Below, in pieces: positions 41,007 to 51,191 of a stretch of DNA of 64,000 nt; within the stretch, counting starts at the first letter, position 1; each line of letters opens with the position of its first letter. The notes beneath the pieces were generated by a model, which saw nothing but the letters and a program-made list of their open reading frames with translations, ran no database searches and had not been told where the DNA came from. The stretch is from positions 1 through 64,000 of the forward strand of contig JANLWX010000007.1 in the NCBI GenBank assembly GCA_031364845.1, in the 5' to 3' direction. Both the position numbers and the translations under genes were made by a program. Origin of the DNA: Candidatus Eiseniibacteriota bacterium. GTDB taxonomy: Bacteria; Eisenbacteria; RBG-16-71-46.

Positions 41007-42284
41007 GTGACGCTCCCGATGCGATTCCATCCGGCCGGGGCGCTGTCCGCCGCTCCGGCCACCGCGTTCGATGCGCGCGCGCTGCGCGCCGAGTTCCCGA
41101 TCTTTCGGGAGCCCCGCGACACACCGCTCGTCTATCTCGACAGTGCCGCGACGTCGCAGAAGCCGCAGGCGGTGCTCGACGCGATGGATCGCCACTACCG
41201 CACGTGCAACGCGAACATCCACCGCGGGATCTATGCGATCGCCGAGCAGGCGACCGCGGCCTACGAGGATGCGCGCCGCCGCGTGGCACGGTTCGTCGGC
41301 GCGCCGAGTCCGGCCGAGATCGTGTTCACCCGCAACAGCACCGAGGCGATCAACCTGGTTGCGCACTCGTGGGGGCGCTCGCAGCTCCGCGCAGGCGACG
41401 CAATCCTGCTGACCGTGATGGAGCACCACGCGAACCTGGTGCCCTGGCAGTTGCTGGCCGCCGAGCGCGGGATCGAACTGCGCTTCACGCCGATCACGGC
41501 CGAGGGCGATCTCGACCTTGTGGCCTGTGCGGCACTGCTCGCCGACGGCAAGGTGAAGCTGCTCGGGGTCACGCACGTCTCGAACGTGCTCGGCACGGTG
41601 AATCCGGTCGCGCGCATCGCGCAGCTCGCGCACGACGCCGGCGCTCTCGTGCTGGTCGACGCTTCGCAGAGCGTTCCGCACTTCGCGGTGGACGTGGCAG
41701 CACTCGGCGCAGACTTCGTCGTGTTCACCGGACACAAGATGCTCGGGCCGACCGGCATCGGAGCGCTGTGGGCGCGCCGCGAACTGCTCGAGTCGATGCC
41801 GCCGTTCATGGGCGGCGGCGAGATGATCCGCGAGGTGAAGCTCACGGGTTCGCAGTGGGCCGATGTCCCGTGGAAATTCGAAGCCGGCACCATGCCGATC
41901 ACCGAAGCCGTCGGGCTCGGTGCCGCCGTCGACTGGCTGGAGCGCGTCGGCATGGACGCGATCTGGGCGCACGACCAGGAGCTGATCGCCTACGCGATGT
42001 CGCGGCTGTCCACGGTACCCGGACTGCGGGTTCTCGGACCTCCGGCCGAGAGGCGGGGAGCACTGGTCGCGTTCACGCTCGGAACGATCCACGCGCATGA
42101 CGTCGCGACCGTGCTCGATGCGGGCGGTGTCGCCGTTCGCGCCGGACATCACTGCGCGATGCCGTTGCACGAACACCTCGCGATCGCGGCGTCGGTGCGG
42201 GCATCGTTCCACTGCCATACGACCACCGACGAGATCGACACGCTGGTGCTGGGTCTCGAGCGCGCGGGCCAGGTGTTCGCATGA
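41007..42284 (+). CDS. sufS: SufS-type cysteine desulfurase
   Basis: YLDSAATSQKP, MEHHANLVPWQ, GHKMLGPTGIG, RAGHHCAMP. Confidence 0.96.
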   Translation: MTLPMRFHPAGALSAAPATAFDARALRAEFPIFREPRDTPLVYLDSAATSQKPQAVLDAMDRHYRTCNANIHRGIYAIAEQATAAYEDARRRVARFVGAPSPAEIVFTRNSTEAINLVAHSWGRSQLRAGDAILLTVMEHHANLVPWQLLAAERGIELRFTPITAEGDLDLVACAALLADGKVKLLGVTHVSNVLGTVNPVARIAQLAHDAGALVLVDASQSVPHFAVDVAALGADFVVFTGHKMLGPTGIGALWARRELLESMPPFMGGGEMIREVKLTGSQWADVPWKFEAGTMPITEAVGLGAAVDWLERVGMDAIWAHDQELIAYAMSRLSTVPGLRVLGPPAERRGALVAFTLGTIHAHDVATVLDAGGVAVRAGHHCAMPLHEHLAIAASVRASFHCHTTTDEIDTLVLGLERAGQVFA

Positions 42285-42694
42285 GCCCGGGTTGGGACGA
42301 GCTGTTTCGCGACGAGATCCTGGACCACTACAAGCATCCGCGGAATCACGGTACGCTGGAAGCGCCCGACTTCACCTATGAAGACGCGAATCCGCTGTGC
42401 GGTGATCGCCTGCGAATGGACTTCCACGTCGGCGACGGCGTGATCAAGGCTGCGCGCTTCACCGGGCACGGTTGCTCGATCAGCCAGGCTGCGGCGTCGA
42501 TGCTGTGCGAGCGGGTCGAGGACATGACGCTCGAGGACGCCAAGCGGCTGTCGCGCGAGGACGTGCTCGAGATGCTCGGCATCGAGCTCGGGCCGGTGCG
42601 TCTCAAGTGCGCGTTGCTCGCGCTCAAGACGATGAAGGCCGGGATCTATGGCATGCGCCAGTGGCCGGGCGAGGAAGACGCATCGCACCCGTGA
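42281..42694 (+). CDS. sufU: SufU/IscU-like sulfur acceptor/scaffold
   Basis: ILDHYKHPRN.G, NPLCGD, GCSISQAAAS, PVRLKCALL. Confidence 0.9.
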   Translation: MSPGWDELFRDEILDHYKHPRNHGTLEAPDFTYEDANPLCGDRLRMDFHVGDGVIKAARFTGHGCSISQAAASMLCERVEDMTLEDAKRLSREDVLEMLGIELGPVRLKCALLALKTMKAGIYGMRQWPGEEDASHP

Positions 42695-42771
42695 CGTGCT
42701 GCGCGGCGACGGAGCCGCCGCGCGAACGAACGACGCGGCCGATGTGCGTTGGGCAGCTTTAAGGGGGATAA

Positions 42772-43086
42772 GTGAACGACGGATTCGTGACGGTGGCGAA
42801 AGTGGGTGAGATTCCCGAAGGCGGCGTGAAGATCGTGCGGCTCGACGATCAGCCGGTCGCCGTGTTCCATCTGGCCGACGGCTACTACGCGATCGACGAC
42901 ATCTGCACCCACGACGGGGGTCCGCTCGCCGAGGGACCGATCGATGGGAACGTCATCGAATGCCCGCGTCACGGAGCGCGTTTCGACATCAGGACGGGTG
43001 CGGTGCTGTGCCTTCCGGCGACCGCGCCGGTTCCAACCTACGCCGTGAAGATCGACGGCGACGAGATCAAGGTGGGCTGGGCATGA
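42772..43086 (+). CDS. Rieske-type [2Fe-2S] ferredoxin
   Basis: CTH...IECPRHGARFDIRTG. Confidence 0.92.
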   Translation: MNDGFVTVAKVGEIPEGGVKIVRLDDQPVAVFHLADGYYAIDDICTHDGGPLAEGPIDGNVIECPRHGARFDIRTGAVLCLPATAPVPTYAVKIDGDEIKVGWA

Positions 43087-43505
43087 ACGACGAACCGAAC
43101 AAGTCATCCGAAGTGGAGGCCGCGCAGGCGGGCACGCCTCGCACGGACGCTCCGAATACCGAAACCGTGGCCGCCGCAGAAGGTGCGCCGGCCGGGGAGC
43201 GCACGACCGCGCCGTCCCAGCAGGAACTCGCCGTGCGCGTCGCGCTCGAATCGGTGCTCGACCCCGAGATCGGGCTGTCGGTGATCGACCTCGGTCTCAT
43301 TCGCGAGGTCAACATCTTCCCCGACCGCACGCACGTGCGCATGATGCTGACCACCCCGTTCTGCCCGTACGCGCCTCAGATGATGGCGGACGTGAAGCAG
43401 GCGACCGAAGCGGTCGTGCCGGTTCCGTGCGACGTGGAGATCATGCCCGACGCGTGGAGTCCGCAGCTGATGCCGGACCCGGGGCTGCTGGGGTATTCCT
43501 TCTAG
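43083..43505 (+). CDS. DUF59/SufT (MIP18-family) Fe-S assembly factor
   Basis: VLDPEIGLSVIDLGLI, MMLTTPFCP, WSP.LM. Confidence 0.88.
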   Translation: MNDEPNKSSEVEAAQAGTPRTDAPNTETVAAAEGAPAGERTTAPSQQELAVRVALESVLDPEIGLSVIDLGLIREVNIFPDRTHVRMMLTTPFCPYAPQMMADVKQATEAVVPVPCDVEIMPDAWSPQLMPDPGLLGYSF

Positions 43506-43508
43506 GAA

Positions 43509-46500
43509 CTAATCGAGCACGATCCAGCGCCGCATCACCCGCTGCGCGCCGGCGTCGATGCGCACGAAGTAGAGTCCGGGCGTGAGTCGCGCGCCGCGCG
43601 CATCCACGGGCGCCAGCGACCAACGAACTTCGCCGGCCTCGCGCATTCCAAGATCGTCACCCGCCACTCGGCGGCCGCTCACGTCGTGCAGCTCCCACCG
43701 CACGCGAGAGCGCGACGGCAGCGAGAGCGCCATGACTGACGCTCCGCGCGCGGGCGAAGGACAGGGCCCGGCCAGCTCGAGCGCCGCGGGTGCCGGGCCG
43801 CCCGGTGCGTCGACGTTGTGCGAAGGCGACAGCCGCAGCCCGAACGAGAACGACCCTTCACCGAACACTTCGACCTCTTCGGTGAGCGCGAGGTTGCGCC
43901 GGTCGTAGCCGGAGAACGCGGGCGCCGGGTTGAGCTGCGCGCCGCTCAGTGCCGAGTACTCGATCTGCGCACTTCCGCCGCGCGTGTTCGTCAGCCGGTA
44001 GGCGCTGACCTCGAATCCCACGTCGCCATCGAAGCGGAGCAGGTGCTGCTGGCCGTAGAGTGCGAGGTCACGCGGATTGGGCGAGAGGCCGGACCGCACG
44101 TAGAGCGGGCCGGGAACCGTCTCCGAATAGTAGGCCGACAGGACGCTGCTCGATGAGGGCATCGTGATCGCCTTTACGATCACACCGCCCGGGGCCGTGA
44201 ACGTCCAGCCCTGCGACGTGCGGATTGCGGAGTAGGGCGCGTCGGCATAGCCGCCGCTGTTCATGTCCTTGAACGCCGAGCAGCGATTCGCGGTGGCACC
44301 CGTGTACTCCTCTTCGCCCGGCGCCGAGGGATTCGTGAACGGGGCGCCGACGATCACGATGCCGTCGTCGGTGATGCGGTCCCACGCGACCGCGAGCACA
44401 CAGCGGCCGCCGTAGCGCTCGAACACGGCGTATCCGAACGAATTGCGGATGACGTACTCCGACTCGCCATCGAAGTCCGAATCCACGGCGTACGAGCGCG
44501 TCTCCGGGCCGATGCCGCCGGTCTTCACCGAGTCCGCCCATCGCGCCGCGGCCGCGTAGAGCCCGGCGCCACGCACATGATTCTGGAGCCGCAGCGCCCA
44601 CGTGTTCATGCCGTCCCACGAGGTGTCGGGGAAATTCCACGGGTCGTAGCAGTTGTTGTTCGAGTAGTCGACCTGATCCTCTTCGTGCCATGCGGTCTCG
44701 TAGATCATCGTCAGATAGGCCGCCACGCCGAGGTCGCGCAGGTTCCCCGCCGGCGCATCCATCAACGCCTGCCAGGTCGCGTGCATCAGCGTGCCCGGTG
44801 AATTGAGATCGCCGTGCTTCATGCCGCTGGGCAGCGGCGGCCCGTCGTTCGCGGGGGTCGCGCTGCGCGCATGGTAGTCGCCCTGCGGTCCGGTGATCAC
44901 GGGCACGAGATCGTAGAAGCTCTGCTCGTTGCCGCCGAAGCCGGCATTGTCGTTGTAATACCAGTAGTGATACGAGTCTTCCGAGGCGTGCTTCAGCCAC
45001 TCGTACGTCTCGATGCCGAGGTCGTGGCGAACGCCGTGATCGATCACCATCGCCGCGGGGCTCGCGAGTGCCGCGGCCAGGATGTCCTTGAGATTGGCGA
45101 TGCGGATCCACGGGTGGTTCGCCGCCCAGCGGATCGTGTTGTGATACTGGTTCGGATTGTTGTTCGGGATCGGATTGCCCGACGAGGCGTCGAACGACTT
45201 GCCCGCGAGCGCTTCCCAGTCGTCGAACACGACGACCACTTCACTCGATCCTCCGTATTGGGCCTTCTGCAGCAGGCTGAATCGGGAATCCATCACCATT
45301 CCGCCGTCGTGGTTCCCGAACTTTCCCTGATCTTCACGGTCGTTGATCATGAAGCAGTAGACGCCGTTGATTTTGTGCAGCTTGTGGCGGTAGCCGGCAT
45401 CGGGCGCGCACGTCTCGCCCGGATGGAACCAGTGGTGCAGATGCGTCAACTCGTCGAGATAGGTCGCGGTGTAGGGGCTCGCCGCGATGTCCTCGAACGT
45501 GTGACCGTCGAGCGGCGAGAGATTCGTGCTCTGCGAGCGGATCACGCGCTCGGGCACGTGCATCACCTGGGCTGCGGCCGCCGTCACGCCGTAGACCGCG
45601 CGATTCACGCTGTCGGTCAGCGCGAGCGACGCCGCGTTCACCGCACCCTCGTAGTACGGCATGATGTGCTCGGCGAACACGCCGCCGATCAGCGAGCCTG
45701 GCCGGTCCGCCTGATCTCCATCGACGAACGCGCGGATCGATTGTAGAAATGCGGGCCCGTCCTGCGGATCGGACGCTCCGGTCGGACGCGACGCCCAGTT
45801 GCACGCGACGGTGAGCGTTCCACTCGGATGCAGGTTGATCGGCACGCCGAAGACCTGGTGCGTATCGAGTGTGCGAAGGAATCCGGTGCCGCCGCTGATG
45901 CCGGTCGCGGCCTGCGAGTCGTAGATGTGGGCACCGATGTCGTCGGCCTGATTCACCGACTGATTGCCGTGCGCGATCGACGCATACCACACGAAGCCGG
46001 CATTCGCGGTGGAGGCGATGCCGCCGTTGAGCACACCGTCCGCGCAGCCGCGATCGGCGTCGACGAACGCATCGGTCAGGTCGCTGGAAGCCCCGCCACC
46101 GGTGCAGTTGGTCTCGGTGTTGTCCTTGGTCGTGAACACCTGGAATGTCAGCGCACTCGATCCATTCCAGCCGGCGTTGATCAGCGCCTGGCGCGTGATG
46201 CCGAACTCGACGGCATCGAGCTGGCTGTTCCAGTAGGAACCCAGATAGCCCGGCACCGCGTTGAAGCTCGAATTGTAGAGCTGATAGTCCGAGCCCTGCG
46301 CCACACCGGAGCGATAGACGCACGCGACCAGTTCCCACGGCCGGTCGGTGGAACAGTCGAGGAAATCGGGCATGAACGCCTGCCCGCCCGAAGCCGCATC
46401 GATTGCCACGTACAGGTTGAGCCCGCCGTTCTCGGCGCCGAGCGTGAGGTCGTAGAAGTCCGCGCGGAAGTAGACATTCGCGCCTTCGATGCGCGAGTAC

Positions 46501-46772
46501 AACGCGGTGAGGTCACGCGAGTCGTCGAGTCCGTCGCCGAAGTTGTAGCGAGCATCGGCGAGTCCGGCATCGTCGAGCGCTCGCAGGTCGTTGCGGGTCC
46601 AGTCCTGGAATTCCTCGTACCACGTGACGTTCGCGCGATCGACGCCGCGCACAGGACCGGGTCCGATCGTGATCGCCGAGTGGGCGAGGGGTGCGGCGCA
46701 GGCGATGGTCGCCAGGGCGATCGAGATCGACGTCATCATCGACCGGACAGAGACGTTGCGCCGGGTGGGCAT
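43509..46772 (-). CDS. Secreted GH57-like glycoside hydrolase with FlgD/T9SS-like C-terminal domain
   Basis: Signal peptide; AHGNQ, EHIMPY, HVPERV, VFDDWEA, ETAWH regions resembling the GH57 conserved regions; PCPSPARG...HDVSGRRV...PGLYFVR tail. Confidence 0.6.
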   Translation of the reverse strand: MPTRRNVSVRSMMTSISIALATIACAAPLAHSAITIGPGPVRGVDRANVTWYEEFQDWTRNDLRALDDAGLADARYNFGDGLDDSRDLTALYSRIEGANVYFRADFYDLTLGAENGGLNLYVAIDAASGGQAFMPDFLDCSTDRPWELVACVYRSGVAQGSDYQLYNSSFNAVPGYLGSYWNSQLDAVEFGITRQALINAGWNGSSALTFQVFTTKDNTETNCTGGGASSDLTDAFVDADRGCADGVLNGGIASTANAGFVWYASIAHGNQSVNQADDIGAHIYDSQAATGISGGTGFLRTLDTHQVFGVPINLHPSGTLTVACNWASRPTGASDPQDGPAFLQSIRAFVDGDQADRPGSLIGGVFAEHIMPYYEGAVNAASLALTDSVNRAVYGVTAAAAQVMHVPERVIRSQSTNLSPLDGHTFEDIAASPYTATYLDELTHLHHWFHPGETCAPDAGYRHKLHKINGVYCFMINDREDQGKFGNHDGGMVMDSRFSLLQKAQYGGSSEVVVVFDDWEALAGKSFDASSGNPIPNNNPNQYHNTIRWAANHPWIRIANLKDILAAALASPAAMVIDHGVRHDLGIETYEWLKHASEDSYHYWYYNDNAGFGGNEQSFYDLVPVITGPQGDYHARSATPANDGPPLPSGMKHGDLNSPGTLMHATWQALMDAPAGNLRDLGVAAYLTMIYETAWHEEDQVDYSNNNCYDPWNFPDTSWDGMNTWALRLQNHVRGAGLYAAAARWADSVKTGGIGPETRSYAVDSDFDGESEYVIRNSFGYAVFERYGGRCVLAVAWDRITDDGIVIVGAPFTNPSAPGEEEYTGATANRCSAFKDMNSGGYADAPYSAIRTSQGWTFTAPGGVIVKAITMPSSSSVLSAYYSETVPGPLYVRSGLSPNPRDLALYGQQHLLRFDGDVGFEVSAYRLTNTRGGSAQIEYSALSGAQLNPAPAFSGYDRRNLALTEEVEVFGEGSFSFGLRLSPSHNVDAPGGPAPAALELAGPCPSPARGASVMALSLPSRSRVRWELHDVSGRRVAGDDLGMREAGEVRWSLAPVDARGARLTPGLYFVRIDAGAQRVMRRWIVLD

Positions 46773-46883
46773 CGGGAGCTCCGGTGGGTGGCGGGCAGGA
46801 ATCCGCAGGCGAGATGCCCCGAAAGTCTACCAGACGAACCCGGGTCCGGGGCGCACCGACTCCGACCGGCGCGGTGGCTCGGC

Positions 46884-46949
46884 GACGGAAGACATGAAGC
46901 CCCGGCCTCATGAAGGCCAGGGCCCGCCGATTCCGCTTCCCGTCTTCCG
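46884..46949. other. Imperfect long hairpin between the OMP gene and the GH57-like gene
   Basis: CGGAAGAC...GTCTTCCG outer stem with inner GCCCCGGCCT/AGGCCAGGGC stem. Confidence 0.35.
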
Positions 46950-46956
46950 CAGGGAA

Positions 46957-47559
46957 CTACAAGTTGTACGTCAGTCCCCAGTTGATCTTGAACTGGCGGA
47001 AGTCGGTCACGTGGTGGTACTTGAGGTCGAGGAAGTTGTCCAGCCGTCCCGACAGCGCGAACGACACGCCGCCCAGCAGGGCGAGTCCGCCCTTGGTCAC
47101 CGAGTACTTCTGATCCGGCACGCCGAGCGTCGGGGCGTTGACCTCGTCCGACAGGAAATGCAGTCCCCAGCCCGCGCCGATGTAGGGCTTGAAGCTCTCG
47201 GTCGCGAAGTTCCAGCGCGCATCGACTCCGACCGTCGCGTCTTTACGCGTCGTGTGGATGTCGTAGGGCCGCAGCGTGCTGCTGTTGCGCCACCACTCGA
47301 TCGTCGGCATCAACTCGAACTGCTTCATCATCTGTGGCGGCTGGAGCCGCACCCGAATGGCGAGACCGGAGAACGAGCTCTGATCTTCCTGCAGGACGGT
47401 CGCGGTCATCGCCTCGATCGCGGTGAGTGTTCCCGCGGGCGTGACGACCGGTGTCGAGACGGGCTTCGCCGCCTGCTCCTGAGCATGTGATGTCGCGGGA
47501 ACCGTGATCGGAAGCGCGAGCGCCAGCAACGTGACGCCGAGTGCGCGAAGGTGGGGCAT
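46957..47559 (-). CDS. Outer-membrane beta-barrel protein (OmpA/OmpW-like)
   Basis: Signal peptide, FKPYIGAGWG, alternating strands, terminal WGLTYNL; GAGGAG RBS. Confidence 0.75.
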   Translation of the reverse strand: MPHLRALGVTLLALALPITVPATSHAQEQAAKPVSTPVVTPAGTLTAIEAMTATVLQEDQSSFSGLAIRVRLQPPQMMKQFELMPTIEWWRNSSTLRPYDIHTTRKDATVGVDARWNFATESFKPYIGAGWGLHFLSDEVNAPTLGVPDQKYSVTKGGLALLGGVSFALSGRLDNFLDLKYHHVTDFRQFKINWGLTYNL

Positions 47560-47676
47560 GTCCACTCCTCGAGGATCCATCCTCAATAGGGTTTGACCGT
47601 CCGGTGGTGCAAGGGGAGTCGGGCGAAACTATAGGTCTGCCTCAGCCTCCGCGCCACCTCGATTGCCGTCGTGCTG

Positions 47677-49278
47677 TCAGGGATGCGACAAGAAGCCGAG
47701 CGTCGAACGCGACCATGTCGTGAGATTCCGATAGTCGAGTCCGACCCGCGCTGCCAGCGAGCGCGATTCGGCTTCGGGTCCGAGGATCCACACGCGCCCG
47801 CGGCGGGCGAGTGCGGGCAGCGCATCCGCTTCGATCACGCGGCCGGCGCCGCGGTTGGAATCGAATCGCAGATCACGCGGAACCTCGAGCAACAACACGG
47901 TCTCGCGCAGATGAAACGACAGGCCCGCATTGAAGTCGCGAAACACCACGACCGGCTCGCCCGGGACGCGATGCTCCGCGAGCATGCGCGCGATCGGACG
48001 TGGTGAGCCCGCGAAACGTTCGTAGGGAACGATCGCTGCCATCGCGACCGAGACGGCGGCGAGTACCGTGAACCCGGCGAGTGCTGGTCTTCGCGACGCG
48101 CTCCACGCCGCGGCGACCACGAGCGTGCCGAGCGCGCACCACGCGCCGATCGGCAGTGGAATCGCGGTACCCGTCGAGGCGCCGGTGAGCCGCGTCCATG
48201 CGGCGGGCCCCGCGATCACTCCGGCGGCGGCGACCGCGATGAGCGTTCCCGCGACCGCGAGGTGAACGGTACGCCCGCCGCGCATGAGGCCGAGTGCGGC
48301 GAGCATCGCGGCAGCGGGCATGCAGGGCAGGAGATAGCCGGGCAGCTTGGAGCCCGAGAACGAAAGGAACACGAGCGGCACCGCGAGCCACGCGATCACG
48401 AGCTTCGTCTCACGCGCCGCGCGTTCGCGCCATGCATGGGCGAGTCCCGAAACGAGCGCGGGCGTCCACGGCACCATTCCGAGCGCGAGCACGGCGACGA
48501 AGTACGCGGGATGCCCCGCGCGATCGTGCACCGTGCTGGTGTAACGCTGCCATAGTTCGTTTCCGACGAAGTAGGACATGAGTCCGGGAACGCGGAGCGA
48601 AACCGCAACGAACCACGGCAACGCGATCGCGGCGCACAGCAGCCAGCCCCACCACGGGCCGAGCAGCGCCGTCATCGGCAACCGGTCTCGCGCCTGCGAT
48701 CGTTCGAGCCGCTCCCACAGCGCGACGGCCAGCACCGGAAGCACTGTGGGCACGAACACGACCGGGCCTTTGATCATGAAACCGAGCCCGAGGGCGACGA
48801 ACGCCAATGGGGATCCCGCAAAGCAGAAGAACGCGGCGACGCAGGTGGTGAGGTAGGGATCCGGCGAAACAGCTCGGCCGAGAATCGCGAACAGCGCAGA
48901 CGATCCGAGCACCCATGTCGCGATCGCCGCGAGGTCGCGCGGGTCGCTGCCCGGCGCGTGCATCCCCGCAAACCATCGCCGCGCGATCGACGCGACCAGT
49001 GCCAGCGTCAGCAGCGCCGCGAGCACCACCGGTACGCGCGCGCCCCATGCGTTCTCGCCGAGCACAGAAAAGCCGAGTGCCGTGATCCAATAGGTGAGCG
49101 GCGGTTTCGTGAAGTGGGCGATGCCGTCGAGCCGCGGGACGATCGCATCCCCGGTCGCGCGCATCTCTCGCGCGACCTCGGCATAACGCGTCTCGGTGGT
49201 TTCGGTGAGCCCGAGCCATCCGGCGGCGGGCAGCATCACGAGCGCGATGAGCGCGATCGCGATCGCCGGCCGCTTCAT
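47677..49278 (-). CDS. ArnT-like GT-C glycosyltransferase (GT83/PMT family)
   Basis: ETRYAEVAREM..TGD..VPRL.G..HFTKPPL.YW, KGPV, SKLPGYLLP. Confidence 0.85.
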   Translation of the reverse strand: MKRPAIAIALIALVMLPAAGWLGLTETTETRYAEVAREMRATGDAIVPRLDGIAHFTKPPLTYWITALGFSVLGENAWGARVPVVLAALLTLALVASIARRWFAGMHAPGSDPRDLAAIATWVLGSSALFAILGRAVSPDPYLTTCVAAFFCFAGSPLAFVALGLGFMIKGPVVFVPTVLPVLAVALWERLERSQARDRLPMTALLGPWWGWLLCAAIALPWFVAVSLRVPGLMSYFVGNELWQRYTSTVHDRAGHPAYFVAVLALGMVPWTPALVSGLAHAWRERAARETKLVIAWLAVPLVFLSFSGSKLPGYLLPCMPAAAMLAALGLMRGGRTVHLAVAGTLIAVAAAGVIAGPAAWTRLTGASTGTAIPLPIGAWCALGTLVVAAAWSASRRPALAGFTVLAAVSVAMAAIVPYERFAGSPRPIARMLAEHRVPGEPVVVFRDFNAGLSFHLRETVLLLEVPRDLRFDSNRGAGRVIEADALPALARRGRVWILGPEAESRSLAARVGLDYRNLTTWSRSTLGFLSHP

Positions 49279-49288
49279 CCGTCGAGGA

Positions 49289-50011
49289 TCACCGCGTCTC
49301 GCGGCGGATCGTGTAGCGGATGAGCCGCACCTTGAGCCAACTCACGCCGATCAAGTCGTGGAGCCCGCGCCACAGCCGGTTGGTCACGCCGTACTTCGAA
49401 ACGCCATGCCGGCGTGCGCGATGGGAGACGGCGACCTCGACCACGCGCGCGCCGCGGAACTGGCACAACGCGGGGAGGAAGCGGTGGACGCCGACGAACA
49501 TCGGGAGACCTTCCAGCGCCTCGCGCCGGTAGGCCTTGAACGAGCAGCCGATGTCGGTGATGCCGTCGCCGAGTGCGGCGCGGCGCACGCCGTTCGCGAT
49601 GCGCGACGATACCTTCCGCACCCACGTGTCGCGGCGTCCCGCGCGTATGCCCGACACGACATCGGCGTTTTCGAGTGCGGCGAGCAGCTTCGGCAGGTCG
49701 GCGGGGTCGTTCTGGAGATCAGCGTCGAGCGTGACGACGATGCTGCCGCGCGCCTGCGTGAGTCCCGCGGCGAGCGCGCCGCTCTGCCCGATGCGCTCGG
49801 CGAGCAGCACGGGGCGCACGGCATCGTCCGCGCGCGCGGCATCGGCCAGCAGCGCGGGCGATCCGTCCGTGCTCGCGTCGTCAACGATCAGGATCTCCCA
49901 TGATCGGCCGGTCGCAAGCACCGCCGCGCGCAGCTCGGACAGCAGCAGCGCGAGGTTGTCGCGTTCGTTGTAGGCGGGAACGATGATCGAGAGTTCGGGG
50001 GCCGCGGCCAT
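49289..50011 (-). CDS. GT2 polyprenol-phosphate glycosyltransferase (ArnC/DPM1-like)
   Basis: LSIIVPAYNE, VDDASTDGS, TLDADLQNDP, DIGCSFKAYR, HRFLP, GVSKYG. Confidence 0.9.
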   Translation of the reverse strand: MAAAPELSIIVPAYNERDNLALLLSELRAAVLATGRSWEILIVDDASTDGSPALLADAARADDAVRPVLLAERIGQSGALAAGLTQARGSIVVTLDADLQNDPADLPKLLAALENADVVSGIRAGRRDTWVRKVSSRIANGVRRAALGDGITDIGCSFKAYRREALEGLPMFVGVHRFLPALCQFRGARVVEVAVSHRARRHGVSKYGVTNRLWRGLHDLIGVSWLKVRLIRYTIRRETR

Positions 50012-50154
50012 GCCGGATTCCAGGGTGGGGCATCGTGCTGATCGGGGCGACGGCGGAGCATTGCAGAGCGCCACGGTCCCGGCAAACTCGCGCGGCCCCG
50101 CGCCGGAAGACTGCGCGATTGTGCGCGCCGGGCGCGATGTGCTATCCACCTCCC

Positions 50155-50784
50155 ATGGTGCGCCCGCAGCGACTCGTCCGCCGTGCCGATCGTGCTCCGC
50201 GTGCCGCGCGCGCTGCGCTGGTTCCGCGCCGCCGCCGCACCGTGCCGCTCGAGCAGCTGGGGCTCGAATTCGACCTCGGCCCGCCGCGCTGGACGTATTC
50301 GCGCCTGGTGCTCAAGTCACCGCATCTCGAGCGCATCCGCGAGCGCATCGAATTCGTGCGCGCGTTCTTTCCTGAGCTGATGGGCGTCTCGGTGCGCGTC
50401 GGCCTCGCGCAGAAGCGCGGCGTGCTCGGCTGGGGATCGCTCGATCCCGAGCGTCCGGGGATCTGGCTCAGGCCGCGGCGCATCGATCTGTTCACGGTCG
50501 CGCACGAGATGATCCACCTGCTGCAGGCGCGCGGGCTGGTGCCGCGCGGCGAGCGCCAGTGCGACCTGTGGGCGCTCGCGCGATCGCCGCTCGTGATCGA
50601 CAGTCCTCCGACCTATCTCGAGCTGCCGCGCATGCTCAAGCAGCGCCCGGTCCGCACCGAGCATGCGGCATTGCTGCATCGCACGGCGCGCGAATGGATC
50701 GCGGCGCGCGAGGGCGGAGACCGCCGCTACCTCCAGCGTTTCGAAGCCGCGATCGCCGAAGCGTGTGCGGGCAGGCCCCGATGA
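50155..50784 (+). CDS. Hypothetical zincin-like protein
   Basis: VAHEMIHLLQ (HExxH) followed by GERQCD. Confidence 0.55.
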   Translation: MVRPQRLVRRADRAPRAARAALVPRRRRTVPLEQLGLEFDLGPPRWTYSRLVLKSPHLERIRERIEFVRAFFPELMGVSVRVGLAQKRGVLGWGSLDPERPGIWLRPRRIDLFTVAHEMIHLLQARGLVPRGERQCDLWALARSPLVIDSPPTYLELPRMLKQRPVRTEHAALLHRTAREWIAAREGGDRRYLQRFEAAIAEACAGRPR

Positions 50785-51191
50785 GCGCCGCCGCGGTCGA
50801 GAGCCGCATTCATGTGGCGGCGGCCGTGGTGTGGAGGGGCGATCAAATTCTGCTCACGCAGCGCCCGCCCGGCGGGGCGCTCGGGATGCAGTGGGAGTTT
50901 CCGGGAGGGAAGCTCGAAGCCGGGGAATCGCCCGAAGCCGCGGTGGTCCGCGAGGTGCGCGAGGAACTCGGGGTCGAGTCGCGCGTGATCGAACGGCTGC
51001 ACGTCGAGCGTCATCGCTACGCGCACGGAATCGAGGTCGAGATCACGTTCCTGCGTTGCGAGTTCGAGTCGGACGAGTTCAACCCGGGCCACGGTGTCCA
51101 CGCCTATCGATGGGTGCTGCCGCGGGACATCGATGTGGCGGAAGTTCTCGAAGCCGACCGCGCGTTCGTGCGGTCGCTGGGGGCGTCATGA
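50781..51191 (+). CDS. NUDIX hydrolase (MutT/NudG-like)
   Basis: WEFPGGKLEAGESPEAAVVREVREELG Nudix box. Confidence 0.9.
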   Translation: MSAAAVESRIHVAAAVVWRGDQILLTQRPPGGALGMQWEFPGGKLEAGESPEAAVVREVREELGVESRVIERLHVERHRYAHGIEVEITFLRCEFESDEFNPGHGVHAYRWVLPRDIDVAEVLEADRAFVRSLGAS

